The position numbers and the translations under genes are program-made. From positions 744,001 to 808,000 of the forward strand of contig NW_027271213.1 in NCBI RefSeq assembly GCF_040938485.1: a DNA stretch of 64,000 bases. The letters run 5' to 3'. The notes beneath the pieces were generated by a model, which made no database searches, was not told where the DNA came from, and saw only the letters and a list, made by a program, of their open reading frames with translations. Each line of letters opens with the position of its first letter. Position 1 is the stretch's first letter. Of this stretch, positions 13,512 through 26,955 are shown one piece after another. This DNA is from Diadema antillarum (taxonomy: Eukaryota).

Positions 13512-13640
13512 NNNNNNNNNNNNNNNNNNNNNNNNNNNNNNNNNNNNNNNNNNNNNNNNNNNNNNNNNNNNNNNNNNNNNNNNNNNNNNNNNNNNNNNNN
13601 NNNNNNNNNNNNNNNNNNNNNNNNNNNNNNNNNNNNNNNN
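13512..13640. other. Assembly gap (N run)
   Basis: Run of n, flanked by ATT/TTA-rich sequence. Confidence 0.99.
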
Positions 13641-13976
13641 TTACTACTACTTCTATTATTATCATCATTATTATTTCTGTTATTTAATGGGCCTTAGCAG
13701 TGTTAGCTATTCTTAATGGAAACGGTTTGCATGTGTTACCCCGTTCTATGACTCTGACATGGCCTATTATACTGAAAAGCTTTCTTACTCTATACAATCG
13801 CCACGGAAGCAATTTGCGTATGAATGGTGTTGATTATGGTGGCTTAACCGTATTTTCAGCCAGTCTTCCTTAAAAAAATCATACCCATTCTCGACTCAAA
13901 CCTCATTCTGAATCATTCTTGTCATGGGGGGGGGGGGGGGGGTTGGCGTGTAATGCCTTGGATAACTTGTGTGGTA

Positions 13977-14157
13977 CTCTCTTTAAAAAATCGAGTGAAA
14001 ATATTCACTCTTGAAGGAGTGAATACAAAAAAAAAGTGAATTTAGAGTGAAATTGAAGTGAATTTTGAGTGAATATATTCTTTTTTACTCGTTTTGGAGT
14101 GACCTCAGGGATCACTCAAAAATCTTCGAGTGATCCCTGAGGTCACTCCAAAATGAG
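13977..14157. mobile_element. Second, 3'-truncated copy of the 3663-3945 MITE family
   Basis: ta|ctctctttaaaaaatcgagtgaaaatattcact and the same central gagtgacctcagggatca hairpin; the right terminus is missing. Confidence 0.75.
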
Positions 14158-15954
14158 AGCACTCAAATGGAACGTATGAAAATATAATATAGTGAATATA
14201 GATTATAATTATATATATAATTATATACTGATTTCTGGAAATGAAATAAGTGGACTGCCGGATATAACGTATAGCCTTACAGCTATGAAACTGACGGACA
14301 ACTTACAAATGCCATTGGTACTTTTATGATTGTAACCGAAAATACCCATAGGGTAATTGAGGATAGTTGTACTAATGATATAATTACTATTGGGAGAAGG
14401 ACAAATGAGATATGGCTGTGGATATGATGGTTATTATGGTAATAATGATTATAGTTACCAAAACGAAAATCTCCTTTGCTACGTATGTCATTAATCTCAT
14501 TATCACGGTGAAATGCAATACTATTCGTATTTCTATTTTCACGTCATCAAAGATGTCTTCAATTTGCGAACAAAAGAAGAAAAAGCTGGGAAGAAAGGAA
14601 AAGAAATTTATGAAGAAGAAAAGGAAAATATTGCAGATTCGCGCTCTTTGAATGGTGCAGATTAATGTGACACTATTCTGAAGGTGCACGTTGATGGCGC
14701 TATTGCAGCGAGTTTGATAGCGCTTGACTGCAAGCGAAGAGTGAGAGTTTACGTTGATTATTTTGCGCTTTTTTATGATTACTATGCTGTAAATATCTCG
14801 GCTTTCTTGGATAGGCCCGTAATTTATCCAAATCATTTTTATAATCCTGCCAACTTTTGATCTTGATAAACTGCCATATCATAGAAAAGGTATATTTATA
14901 TTCAGTTTGCGGCGAGATACCGACTGGAATTAGTAAAACTAGTTCCAGATGGCTCAGCCTGCATCAGGTTTGTATAAAGGACGTTGTTGTTGTTGTTTTG
15001 TTCCCATCATTTTATAAAGTGTACAGTGTACATATTGCTGAATCAAATAATCACGTGGCTAAATTCATTGTTATGATAATTTTATGTGTCATTAAACCAT
15101 TGCACAAACAATTTATTCGTATACGTTTTGTCGTGTGTTTTAAAGAATTTTGTGAAGTGATATGCTTTCCGTATTATACTGGAGTTCTGAGAAAGAATGT
15201 GAGAAAATATCGTATTGTGGTAATAATCTAATGTGTGATAATCAGTGAGTACGCACATAGGGAAAACAATTGACCATTATCAGTGCAGGGTTTTCTTCGT
15301 GAACAAAATAGCAATTATGAACTTATGAAAAGTAATTTAACCTTTTTTTTTTAAACAATCACTTCAAAATATGTACAGTGATGGCTTCGTTGATTATTTT
15401 CCAGTCTTTCAAAGTCATCTCACACGATATCATTAGTACACTTTGCATACACTATAGCATAACAGATATTATAACTGTCATCGGTAAAAAGCAGTGAGTG
15501 GTTTCTAATGAAACTACACCAATTCCACCTAGCAGCTATGTTAAATTGGGATATTTTCGCATAAACCCCAACCGTGTGACCCTGTGTTTGTTCCGTAAGG
15601 GCTAGCCATTCCACCGAATCACAAATGTATAATAATATTATTTTGGTTAACCAAGCAAACAAACAAACAAACAAACAAGCAAGCAAACAAGCAAACAAAC
15701 AAACAAATAAAATAAAATGTGTGGTGCACCTGTGATGTATTTAATGTTTATTTTGTTGTGATATCCAATGTACACAGAATTTCCAGAGTGGACAATAAAG
15801 TTATCAATCAATCAATCAACACTGAAAGAGAGAGGAAGAGAGAGAGAGAGAGGGAAGGGGGAGGGTATAATTGAAGACTTTAGTTTTTAGAATTGCCAAG
15901 TTAAATTACAGGCCAGATTTTTTTTTTATAAACAATGGATAGCTTATCTCAAAG

Positions 15955-16120
15955 NNNNNNNNNNNNNNNNNNNNNNNNNNNNNNNNNNNNNNNNNNNNNN
16001 NNNNNNNNNNNNNNNNNNNNNNNNNNNNNNNNNNNNNNNNNNNNNNNNNNNNNNNNNNNNNNNNNNNNNNNNNNNNNNNNNNNNNNNNNNNNNNNNNNNN
16101 NNNNNNNNNNNNNNNNNNNN
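15955..16120. other. Assembly gap (N run)
   Basis: Run of n. Confidence 0.99.
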
Positions 16121-16749
16121 GGTAGTGTTAATCTGCACAAAAAACAAAAGCAAAGAAGAGGTAGGGAGGAGAGAGAAAAGTGACATCACAAGGAGAGAAG
16201 GGGATGGGAGAAGATAGGGTTGCCTTACTACACGGTATGCACTCAGTACATAATAGCCACAATGGGTCGGTTTTTGTTTATCTATAGTCGCCATTGACAT
16301 ATTTTATTATCATAGCAGAGTCTTTATAGTAGCGTCTACACTGAGTCTTGTTGCACGAAAGAATCGTCCAAAGTTCATAGAACAACAGGTCTCTTTCTAT
16401 ACGTTTCGTATGTAGGGCAGACAAATCGCTGCAAATAGCGTTTACAAAAGCTCTCGAGCTTCCCACGTGTTTTACACACATACAAAATCGTCAATACTCC
16501 CTTTTCATTAATTGTTGGTATCGCTCTAGAGTAAGATCTAGATTATGATTATTATTATCATACCCGTAATGGTCAAGAGGGGATAATATTGACTAGCTCC
16601 GCGAAGTATGTACAGGTGTGACTTTTGCTTTTCTGCATTGCCTTGAGAAACTGAGACGCATTTGAAGCTTGGATACCGTACTCACGTGTGAATTCCATCT
16701 GTGTGAGACATCTTATTATTGAGCAGGAAAAAATTGGCAGATAAACACA

Positions 16750-17991
16750 ATGAAGACCAAGACCATTCTTTTCGTATTCCTTGTACTGGGTATCGCATTT
16801 GCCTACGTGCTCTACAAACCTGTACCTGACGGATTTCCCGAGCCGTGGAAGTACCGCGCCACGGTCACCGCTGCACAGACGATATCACTACTCGTAAGTT
16901 CCGGTCACTATGGATATGTCTGTCTCAGTTTCCTCGTAATCATCACGCTTAGAGATCTGAAAATGGCTGTTCATGACGACACAAGATAAGGGAAGAACGG
17001 TCGGTGCACTAGAATACCTGCATGAATTTAGCGTTCATTTGGCCTCTGTAAAATCGATAATAGCTTATATTCTTTGCCCAAATTTTCATGTGTTTTTTTA
17101 ATGATTAAGGTTCAGAGTTCTTTTTTTTTTTCAAGTCTTGCTTTTAGAGCTCGCTCCTTGTTTGGTTTTGTTGTTGTTGTTGTTGTTTAGAACACGATGA
17201 GGATGTGCGCCCGGGATATTCGGTGCCCAAACGCATTTGAAGAGGCGCGCGAATTCTTTCGCATCATGTCGACTTTGGTTCAGCAACCACCGTCTGAGGT
17301 TCCTGGCTCGAACATCAGGTCCCGATTGGACACCTTTGGTGGGGTCAGGGTGAGAGTGTACGAACCAAAGGTCAGAGGTCGCGAGGAGCCACTTCCGGCC
17401 TTCATCTTCTTCCATGGAGGCGGGTTGGCGATGGGAAGCATAGGTGATAATCTGTCTGATTCAATTCCCTCGATCTGTCTGTTGATTAGCAAACATTAAT
17501 TAAATTAGGTGTCATAATATTCCCTACATTTTTGGAGAAGAAAGTTGTGTTGCTTTAATAGAAAGTAGAAGAAATAAAAGGCATTATGAAACAGTGCTTG
17601 TGTCTTTTCCTATGGAAGGACATACAACTTGAATAACATATTAGCCAGCTCACATCGCAGAAAACTGGAACCAAGTTAATGATCGTTTTCTGGTCTTTAG
17701 CAATTTAGTGAAACCCAAATTGTAACATCAACGTTACCGCAACTGCCATGTCAATTTTCAATTTAACGGACCAGAGATGCATGCATAAGAAGGTCATGAT
17801 TCGATCACATAAGTTATAGTGCTCACAATTTTCATTTCAGTAACTTCAACCCCTAAAATCCATTTTGATCAACGTTAGGATGCTTTTTGTACTCATTGAG
17901 AAAATCAGTTACCTTCGTGGCTTTCGGTGACGATTCAGACGTCAAACCAACTGCTGTACAGGAACTTTAAAGCTAACGGCAATGAAAAAAA

Positions 17992-18027
<36 letters not shown>

Positions 18028-19055
18028 ATATAATAAACATATATGTATGTATATATATACATACATACATATACATATCTATATATATTTGTGAATATAT
18101 ACATATATATATACAATATGTATATATACATATCTATACACATATATATGAATATATGTATATATATATTTATATATATGTATATATTGTCGATTCTTCC
18201 GCTTCTCATTATTTCCTACGATCATTATTGATATATACACGAGAAAAAGTTAAGTACTCATTGAAAAGATTATTATCTCTCTTTTTTGGAAACATTTTGA
18301 TTTTCAGAGTTTTACGACCCAGCTGTTCGAATGATATCCGAGCGACTTGGAATAGTGGGAGTTGCTGTCGGGTGAGATCATTGTTCTGTACCCGATTATG
18401 ATTTTATTACTCTTTTGAAAAGCCACAAATAACGATTTTATCTGCATTCCTTGTACTGTTGTAGCCCATTTCTTATTCCATATACACATTAATAATGAAA
18501 CGTGGTCAGTATGCTCCTGTTCCAGACATGTGACTTTTCAATGCATATTTTAAACTGTAAGGAACGCTAAAGAATTTAGGGGCATTCCTGAATTTATTCA
18601 GTTCCCACTGAAATTTGAAACTAATGTCCTGATTAACTTCAAATCATTAGACAGAGAAAGCAAGCAATTTAGATAGAAATATTTGAATATAGTATGCTAT
18701 AAAAACCTTAATTTTCATGCCATTTTAGGTTTTTATCAAACATATCAAAATATCTCTACCTATCTATCTCTATCTGTATAAATTATCTATAATAAACGTA
18801 CACACACAACATGTTAATGATATTCCATCTATCAAGTAAAATTATGCCGTGGCGCATTATGACACAGGAGAATAAATGCATTGTGCTACAGACAATTAAA
18901 AACTTTTGTCGGCTTTGTAGTGCATGTATGCTTTTATCTTTCTTTTTAGATCAGTTTTCAGGTAAGCTTTGAAAGAATCCACAATTACACCTTGGAAGGC
19001 TTAGTCTACAAGTGGTGATGACTTTGTTCTCGAAGTTACAAGTAAGGTCTTACAT

Positions 19056-19142
<87 letters not shown>

Positions 19143-19988
19143 GCATTATCGCGAATGTCATTGGGTTTTTTTTTCTACAGATACAGACTTGCTCCAGCCC
19201 ATACGTTCCCTGCCGCCCATGATGACGCCATCACCGCCACCAAATGGTTGCTCACCCATGCCAAGGAGATGGCTGTTGATCCGAGGAGAGTTGCAGTGAT
19301 CGGCGACAGCGCCGGTGGTCATCTCGCCGCCGTCGTCTCGGCCGCCATCGCCGATGACGCCACTTTACCCGATATCAAGCTCCAGGTCCTGCTCTACCCA
19401 TGGCTGCAGAGCCTCGATCTCAACACGCCCTCTATACAGAAAATGAGGTGCAATGCATTCCACGGTCCCATGCCGGTTCTAGAACTCGCTCCTTACTTTA
19501 CCACCGCTTACACACTTGGCTACACAGATGACGATAATGATATTGGGCGACAGATTTACGCCAACAATCACACATCAGCAGAATTTAAACAATCTGCAGC
19601 CTACCAGAAATATTTCAATCACGACCTCGTTCCAGCCGACATGAAGATCGACTGCTACAAGCGATCACTCTCGTTCGATTTCGGGAACGACGACCTCTGG
19701 AGGAGCTTGAAAAGTATCTGGATGTCGGAGAAATTTTCGCCGCTTTTGCGAGATGACATGTCCTCGCTGCCTCGCACCTTTGTCGCCACGTTTGGCTATG
19801 ATTATTTACGCGATGACGGGATATTCTACGTGGAAAGGCTGAAGGCTGCGGGAGTGCCGGTCAGATGGGAAAATTATGAACTTGGTTACCATGCCATTCA
19901 GTGGTTTGGTGACGTCACATTCGAAATAGGGCGACAAATGGCGGATGACTTTGTCAGCTACATTAGAGAATACCTATGGTCGGAGTAG
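16750..19988 (+). CDS. AADAC: Arylacetamide deacetylase-like lipase, paralog A (422 aa). Exons 16750-16893, 17191-17443, 18308-18371, 19181-19988
   Basis: Exons sum to 1269 nt with phases 0,1,2. N-terminal signal-anchor, P-x-P-x-G-F-P-E-P-W-K, [28 protein letters not shown]. The symbol denotes the AADAC/NCEH1 family, not strict orthology. Confidence 0.92.
17990..18190. repeat. Compound (TA)n / AT-rich microsatellite
   Basis: Degenerate TA, TACA and TATG repeats in intron 2 of paralog A. Confidence 0.9.
19057..19141. repeat. (CA)n(TA)n microsatellite
   Basis: Visible directly; ends ~40 bp upstream of the exon 4 acceptor of paralog A. Confidence 0.95.
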
Positions 19989-20560
19989 GCTCTGCATGTC
20001 AGCTTTGAAAATACAGATGAGGCTTTGATCTAAGGAGCTGCGTTTAAAAAAAATGAATAAATAAATAAGAATGACATTAATTTGGCGAATTACGCAGTGC
20101 AATATACATGTACATCACCAAGCTTGCCATACATTATAATTTGTACCACAAAATATAAAGGTTATCATGACGGGAAAAAAAAATGAGCTAAGAAAATGAG
20201 ATTCCATTGGAAAGACAGAACTCCGGATTGCAAGGCCGATGCTCTTACTTAATTTGGAAAGCCCTAATAGCGTGGAGCCTTAATTTGGAAAGCCCTAATA
20301 GCGTGGAGTTGATCCCAGGAACTCCATAAATCCCTGTACCTGTATAGTGTACATACTGTAGAAACCCGACATAAACCAACAAGATAGAAATAAACTTGGA
20401 GATAGATGCAAGGGATCACCTTAGTAATGTAGCTCTGGATATCCTGGTCAATTTCCCTTTGTTGACAATACTCTCACGTAACCCATAAAATTTTGTTGTT
20501 ATTGAACTTCGTCTGAAAGCATCACTTTTTATTGATCTGACACACAGCGGAGTATACAGT

Positions 20561-23500
20561 CAACGGCGTAGCCAGGATTTCATCTTAGGGGGGGGGGGGC
20601 GGTTAGTCTGCGAGGGAGCGAAGCGACCGAGGCCGAGCGAGCGGAGCGAGCGAGGGGGGGAGGGTGCATGTGGGAGGGGGTGTCCCCCCTCTCACGGTAA
20701 GAACTTTTTTTCATTTTGATGTTGTAAATGGTGCAATTTGATGCATGTTTTTGCGCGTTTTATCGACGTGAAACAGTCCCACTTGTTTAAGGTAGCAGTA
20801 TATTTTGATGTAGATTATCATTGAACAGTTTGCCTATAAAATGCTATCATTTAAATATACTTCTTGTATTAATTCTTTTCACTGAATATCATGAACGCGA
20901 CTGAACCCGAGAGAGCGGAGCGAGCGAAGTTAGAGGGGAGGGTGTGGGAGGGGGTGTCCCCCCTCTCACGGTAAGAACTTTTTTTCATTTTGATGTTGTA
21001 AATGGTGCAATTTGATGCATGTTTTTGCGCGTTTTATCGACGTGAAACAGTCCCACTTGTTTAAGGTAGCAGTATATTTTGATGTAGATTATCATGGAAC
21101 AGTTTGCCTATAAAATGCTATCATTTAAATATACTTCTTGTATTAATTCTTTTCACTGAATATCATGAACGCGACTGAACCCGAGAGAGCAGAGCGAGCG
21201 AAGTTAGAGGGGAGGGTGTGGGAGGGGGTGTCCCCCCTCCCACGGTGAGAACTTTTTGCATTTTGATGCTGCAAATGGTGCCATTTGATGCATGTTTTTG
21301 CGCGTTTTATCGACGTGAAACAGTCCCACTTGTTTAAGGTAGCAGTATATTTTGATGTAGATTATCATTGAACAATTTGCCCATAAAATACTATCATTTA
21401 AATATGCTTCTTGTATTAATTCTTTTCACTGAATATCATGAACGCGACTGAACCCGAGAGAGCGGAGCGAGCGAAGGGGGAGGGGAGGGTGTGGGAGGGG
21501 GTGTCCCCCCTCCCACGGTAAGAACTTTTTGCATTTTGATGTTGCAAATGGTGCAATTTGATGCATGTTTTTGCGCGTTTTATCGACGTCAAACAGTCCC
21601 ACTTGTTTAAGGTAGCAGTTTATTTTGATGTAGATTATTATTGAACAATTTGCCTATAAAATGGTATAAGTTAAATACACTTCTTGTATTGATTCTTTTC
21701 ACTGAATATCATGAACGCGACTGAACCCAAGCGAGCGGAGCGAGTGAAGGGGGAGGGGAGGGTGTGGGAGGGGGGTGTCCCCCTCCCACGGTGAGAACTT
21801 TTGCATTTTGATGCTGCAAATGGTGCAATTTGATGCATGTTTTTGCGTGTTTTAACGAGTTGAAACAGTCCCACTTGTTTAAGGTTGCAGTATATTTTGA
21901 TGTAGATTATCATTGAACAATTTGCCTATAATATGGTACAATTAAAATACACTTCTTGTATTACTACTTTTCACTGAATATCATGAACGCGACTGAACCC
22001 GAGCGAGCGGAGCGAGCGAGGGGGAGGGGAGGGTGTGGGAGGGGGTGTCCCCCTCCCACGGTAAGAACTTTTTGCATTTTGATGTTGCAAATGGTGCAAT
22101 TTGATGCATGTTTTTGCGCGTTTTATCGACGTGAAACAGTCCCACTTGTTTAAGGTAGCAGTATATTTTGATGTAGATTATCATTGAACAATTTGCCTAT
22201 ATAATGGTATAATTTAAATACACTTCTTGTATTAATTCTTTTCACTGAATATCATGAACGCGACTGAACCCGGGCGAGCGGAGCGAGCGAGGGGGAGGGG
22301 AGGGGGTGTCCCCCCTCCCACGGTGAGAACTTTTTGCATTTTGATGTTGCAAATGGTGCGATTTGATGCATGATTTTGCGCGTTATATCAACGTGAAACA
22401 GTCCCACTTGTTTAAGGTAGCAGTATATTTTGATGTAGATTATCATTGAGCAATTTGCCTATAAAATGCTATCATTTAAATACGCTTCTTGTATTAATTC
22501 TTTTCACTGAATATCGTGAACGCGACTGAACCCGAGAGAGCGGAGAGAGCGAAGGGGGAGGAGAGGGTGTGGGAGGGTGTGTCCCCCCTCCCACGATGAG
22601 AACTTTTTGCATTTTGATGTTGCAAATGGTGCAATTTGATGCATGTTTTTGCGTGTTTTAACGAGTTGAAACAGTCCCACTTGTTTAAAGTTGCAGTATA
22701 TTTTAGTGTAGATTTTTATTGAACAATTTGCCTATAAAATGGTATCATTTAAATAATCGTCTTGTATTAATTCTTACACTGAATATCTTGAACACTGTCT
22801 GTTCAGCAGTCAAACAGAAAAAGCATGCACACGAGGGTGTAGATAGGGGCATATCCCCTCCCACACGAAGGTGATTTTGCGTTTTCACACCTGAAATTCA
22901 GCGATCTGTTGCAAATTTTTGGTGCAATACTTTTTCATCGAAGTGATAAAATCACGGGATTTAGCTCTTATTCCGAATGTGCACCATCTGTGTGTATGTA
23001 GAAAGTCTAGTGAGGTAGAGCTTAGGGGAAGGGGGAATCCTCCCGCTCGCGGAGCTTTTGCGTTTTTAGAATTGAAATAAAGCGATCTGGGTATAGCCAC
23101 AGTCTACTTCTATGCATGGCGGAAGGGGGGGGGGGAGGGGCGGGCGAGCAGGGAGAAGGCGTGGGCGAGTGTTATCCCCACCCTTCCCCACCCTTGGAGC
23201 TTTTGCCTTTTTAAGGTTGAAATTGAGATATCTCGTCTACGCATATTTGATGGAATCAACATTTGGGAAAAATCACACACACAAAAAAAAAAATGATTGG
23301 GGGAGGGGGGGGGGGGACTGAGGGAGGAAAGGGTCGATTAAAAGGGGAAATTCCCCTTATACAATGAGGGAACCTTGAGTTTTCGGAATATAAGTGATAA
23401 GTCTTGTGCACTCAGAATTATTCATAATTTTTTTTTTGTAAATCTAAAAAGTGTACTAAGCTGGGGAAAGAGGCACAGAGGGGGAGGGTTTGGGAGGGGG

Positions 23501-23752
23501 TATCCCCCTCCCAAGCACGAGAGATTTTGCATATTTTGAATTGAAATTCAACGATCTGGTGCACACTTTGAGTGAAATATTCAAAAAAAAATCTTATTTG
23601 ATGAAAGGTTGCAAAGGAGACCCGCTTCATGTGCATGCATACAGTATACACGCATTTTTTTTTCCGCCTCCCAAATCCCCGGTCCAAATCTTAGGGGGGG
23701 GGGGGGGGGCGATCGCCCCCATCGCCCCCCCCCCCCCCTGGCTACGCCAGTG
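20561..23752. mobile_element. Non-autonomous hAT-type DNA transposon (3192 bp) carrying an internal satellite
   Basis: Perfect 8 bp TSD tatacagt at 20553-20560 and 23753-23760; TIRs caacggcgtagccagg / cctggctacgccagtg. No transposase ORF. Confidence 0.85.
20636..22790. repeat. Tandem satellite, ~272 bp unit x8
   Basis: The anchor gaatatc(a/g/t)tgaac recurs near 20885, 21158, 21428, 21704, 21975, 22246, 22508 and 22781. Confidence 0.95.
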
Positions 23753-25166
23753 TATACAGTGTACTTTTGATAGATGAGACATTACATATACCCAACGCTA
23801 TTAGTATTACGCTATTGGTTCAGAATTCAGTATACAGTGACTGGTTTCAATGTGTCGTTTCCTCACAATACAAATAGAAGTACTTCAACCACTAACGACA
23901 GAAATATTAGCAACAAAAAGTAATAAGCCCTACAGAGATACAACAGAGATATTTATTCTTTCTGTTGCATCTCTCACTAAATTACTGCACCTTGAGAAAC
24001 TGAAGCAGACATTAAAAAAGAATGTCGGTTTCAGTTTCTCAAGATGCAGTGATTCACGGAGAATGACATCTACCGCTGCCAAAAGGTGGACATGTTATTC
24101 AGTTAAAAAAAAATAAAACAACGCTTAACAACACAGAGTACAAACAGTAAAATAACAAATCAAAAACATCCCCTCGCTATATTGTGTTGGTAAGCTATAG
24201 CCGTGCTTGACAATGAGAGACTACAGTATTATTCGTGATTCACATGAGTGTACAAGTGGCGTTTGGCAGGGTTGTGAAGGGAGCTTGGAATGAAAATGAA
24301 ATGAACGGCTCGTTTTGTTCTGTTTACATGATAGACTGCAATGCACTAATTGTACCGGGAAGAGGTGTTTCCACACTTGTGGATATGTTGGTGACTTTGC
24401 TTAATACATATGATAGGCCTAAAGGTAGTAATCAACGCAACATAGGAGATATAAATGCTACCATGTAAAGTTCCATAAAGTTAAACTGTGTAGTCCAAGA
24501 TGGGCAAAATTAAAACAGAAAAAGATAACAGTTGTTTCTTGTGGTATTTTGAGGAACTCGGGATGTGATTCAAATACGTAAACCAGCTCTCTTTGCTCCT
24601 TCTCATACAAATTATGTATATTCGTGACAAATTTTAACGCTTTTAAAGACTATAGTGTGATTGAAAGGCCGTGGTTAAATAAAAGCATAACAATTAAAGA
24701 TACATTCTATGTTTATGAAAGACCATCTAGTAGGCATTCGGATGACGGATATACTCTACCTCCTTCATGCAATTTGACGTTTGTATTTTCATAGTTTAAT
24801 GTTTTTGTAGAAGGACATACGAAAATATTCAACCGTTAACATTTGCTGTATTCTTCATACCGTCGGTAGGCCAAATTAGGGCAAGTAAGGCATAAGTCTC
24901 AACGGGGCACAGTATAATTATGAAAATGGTCACTTCCCTACAAGCAGTAAAAGAATGCTCGAACGCAAGATCACAAAGGCATTCAGGCACAATGATAGCA
25001 CTTCCTTTTGAAATCACTTTGGTTACATTTTTTTTTGGTGAAAATCATTGTCCATGACATTTCACATCTCCTTAATTAAACAATCGTATCATTACGCAAA
25101 TAAAAGACGACTCGTTTTTGACATTCACGTGTCCATGCATTCGTATAGGAGGTATCAATGTAGGTA

Positions 25167-25382
25167 CACTCTATAAAAATAAAATAGGCTCAACTTTGCA
25201 CTTTTAACAGTGTCACACTGGGAGCACCTTTACGGGTGCAGCTTTGCACCTCTCAGACCACTATGAAAGGTGCAACTTTGCACCTTTCAGGTCTGAAAAG
25301 TGTAAAATTGCACCCGTAAAGGTGCTCCCAGTGTGACACTGGATGGTAAAGGTGCGAAGTTTAACCTATTTTTCTTTGAGTG
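25167..25382. mobile_element. EnSpm/CACTA-like palindromic MITE, TA TSD
   Basis: ta|cactctataaaaataaaatagg ... cctatttttctttgagtg|ta; internal inverted cagtgtcacactgggagcacctttacgggtgca / tgcacccgtaaaggtgctcccagtgtgacactg. Confidence 0.8.
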
Positions 25383-25530
25383 TATAGTGCGTGCAAAATG
25401 TAAAGAGCCACTAGAATATTCTAAATCCAAGCTCTGAGGTCAAAGCCAATCCACGCTGCGATGGTGTGTGAAATCATGCCAACACCCTCGGAAAAAGTTC
25501 CTGGGTCAAAGATCGGGAGGGGAGGGGGGG

Positions 25531-25668
25531 GGGGGCATTTCATGAAGCGTTTTGGTCGGATATTTTTCTGAAAAATTGTTACAAGCTGCTGAAATCCTTG
25601 CATCTGATTGGTTGAGAGCAAATTTGTCCGACAACTTTGTCAGACAAAGTGCTTCATGGAATGCCCCC
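25531..25668. mobile_element. Short MITE (~138 bp), superfamily uncertain
   Basis: Imperfect TIRs gggggcatttcatgaagc / gcttcatggaatgccccc. Confidence 0.6.
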
Positions 25669-25959
25669 AGGTCTCACCTGACGTTGATTGACGAGGGTAA
25701 TAAGGACAGGGTGTAGTGGGCTAACGAATAACAGCAAAGACGTACAATATTACTGCTGATCATTTATTGTCTTAATTGGAGAAGGCTTATTATGAGGAAA
25801 TGTAGATTGAGGAACCTTTTAAAATCAACTCTGCATGATATACACCACCATCAGACCAAACTATGCCTTCACGAACATTGGTTGCAGCTTGCTACGATTG
25901 ACAAATTGCTCTACATCGACGTCAATAAGCATCATTAACAGTGTTTCAGAAGAAGCCAT

Positions 25960-25960
25960 G

Positions 25961-26021
<61 letters not shown>

Positions 26022-26022
26022 A
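25960..26022. repeat. (CAA)n microsatellite
   Basis: Visible directly. Confidence 0.95.
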
Positions 26023-26099
26023 TCATGGTTGCACTTGTTTATTTCATTTTCTCAATGGCTTTGCATTGACTACTTGCAGGTAGGCCCTATATTATTCTG

Positions 26100-26506
26100 G
26101 TTCAAGTTACGACGTACCACTTGATTGATTAGTGTCATTTAACTGTTTGGTTCCTATTTCTAAACTGCAATCTTGTCCGCAATTTTGCCAATCAAAAGGC
26201 TTATTTATTATTGAAAGAAACCAGCTCCTCCATCGATCTTATGTAAGGACTAATGTTTCTTTGATTTCTTCCAGAACCACTTGGAGCAAAGAATGGAATC
26301 AATTGTCAGTTGATATCAGGAACAGTATGGGCCTACATCATTCTCTAGGGTGAAATCTCGACGTAAAATACCCACTTGACAATTTGAAACGAATTACTTA
26401 CGCCAGTGTTAAACACTTGGAAAGATTTACGAAAATTGGCAAGCATTATAGTCTTCTATGTTCTCTGTGGCGTGTATGTGTGTGTGCATGTGTATGTGTG
26501 TGTGTG

Positions 26507-26549
<43 letters not shown>

Positions 26550-26955
26550 ATATAATAGTCAATTCATTTTCCATGTAGTTTACCTTTTCCATTGTATATG
26601 CTTTCGGGTTTGTCCTCATTTACACTTGCCATAATTATTGTACACTTAATGTGTGAACTTGCGTGGCATTTTGGTCTGCAGTCGGTGGTTTCAGCGACTG
26701 ATCCTATTGATTAATATTATAACATAATTTTTCTTTTCCTTGTCACTTGACATCATTGTCTGTTGCCCATTGTGCCACCAAGTCCCAACTTACTTGCACT
26801 TTTTATAGAGCCCAAATCACAAGCCCCCATGCTTCAGAGGCCCTAAAACCATTACTTAACTCATGCATTTTCTTTTTATCTGTGATTAATGTAAGCTTAA
26901 AGTCTTTGGTTTTGAATAAAGTTTAAGTTGAAGCTAAAGTTGGATTGAGTTGTCC
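26100..26955 (+). mobile_element. Degenerate CR1/L2-clade LINE 3' end (interrupted by (GT)n at ~26470-26547)
   Basis: The remnant peptide YVRTN..KEWNQLSVDIRNS resembles the CR1/L2 ORF2 C-terminus. It is followed by an acaagc-containing stem-loop and aataaa plus a short-repeat tail. Confidence 0.45.

Noticed and set aside
14387-15698. Several 60-149 aa ORFs between the chordin-like gene and paralog A
   Set aside because: Derived from AT-rich and simple-repeat DNA; no splice-consistent model or recognisable domain.
17973-18401. Ile/Tyr-rich ORFs on both strands
   Set aside because: Translation of the (TA)n microsatellite.
20205-20335. tRNA-like fragment on the minus strand with a 31 bp tandem duplication (20250, 20281)
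   Set aside because: No complete cloverleaf; at best a decayed SINE head.
20636-22790. Regular repeat array as a possible CRISPR; repeated ORFs MIIYIKIY.. and MNATEPER..
   Set aside because: Whole units are near-identical with no unique spacers, in eukaryotic DNA. The ORFs are by-products of the satellite.
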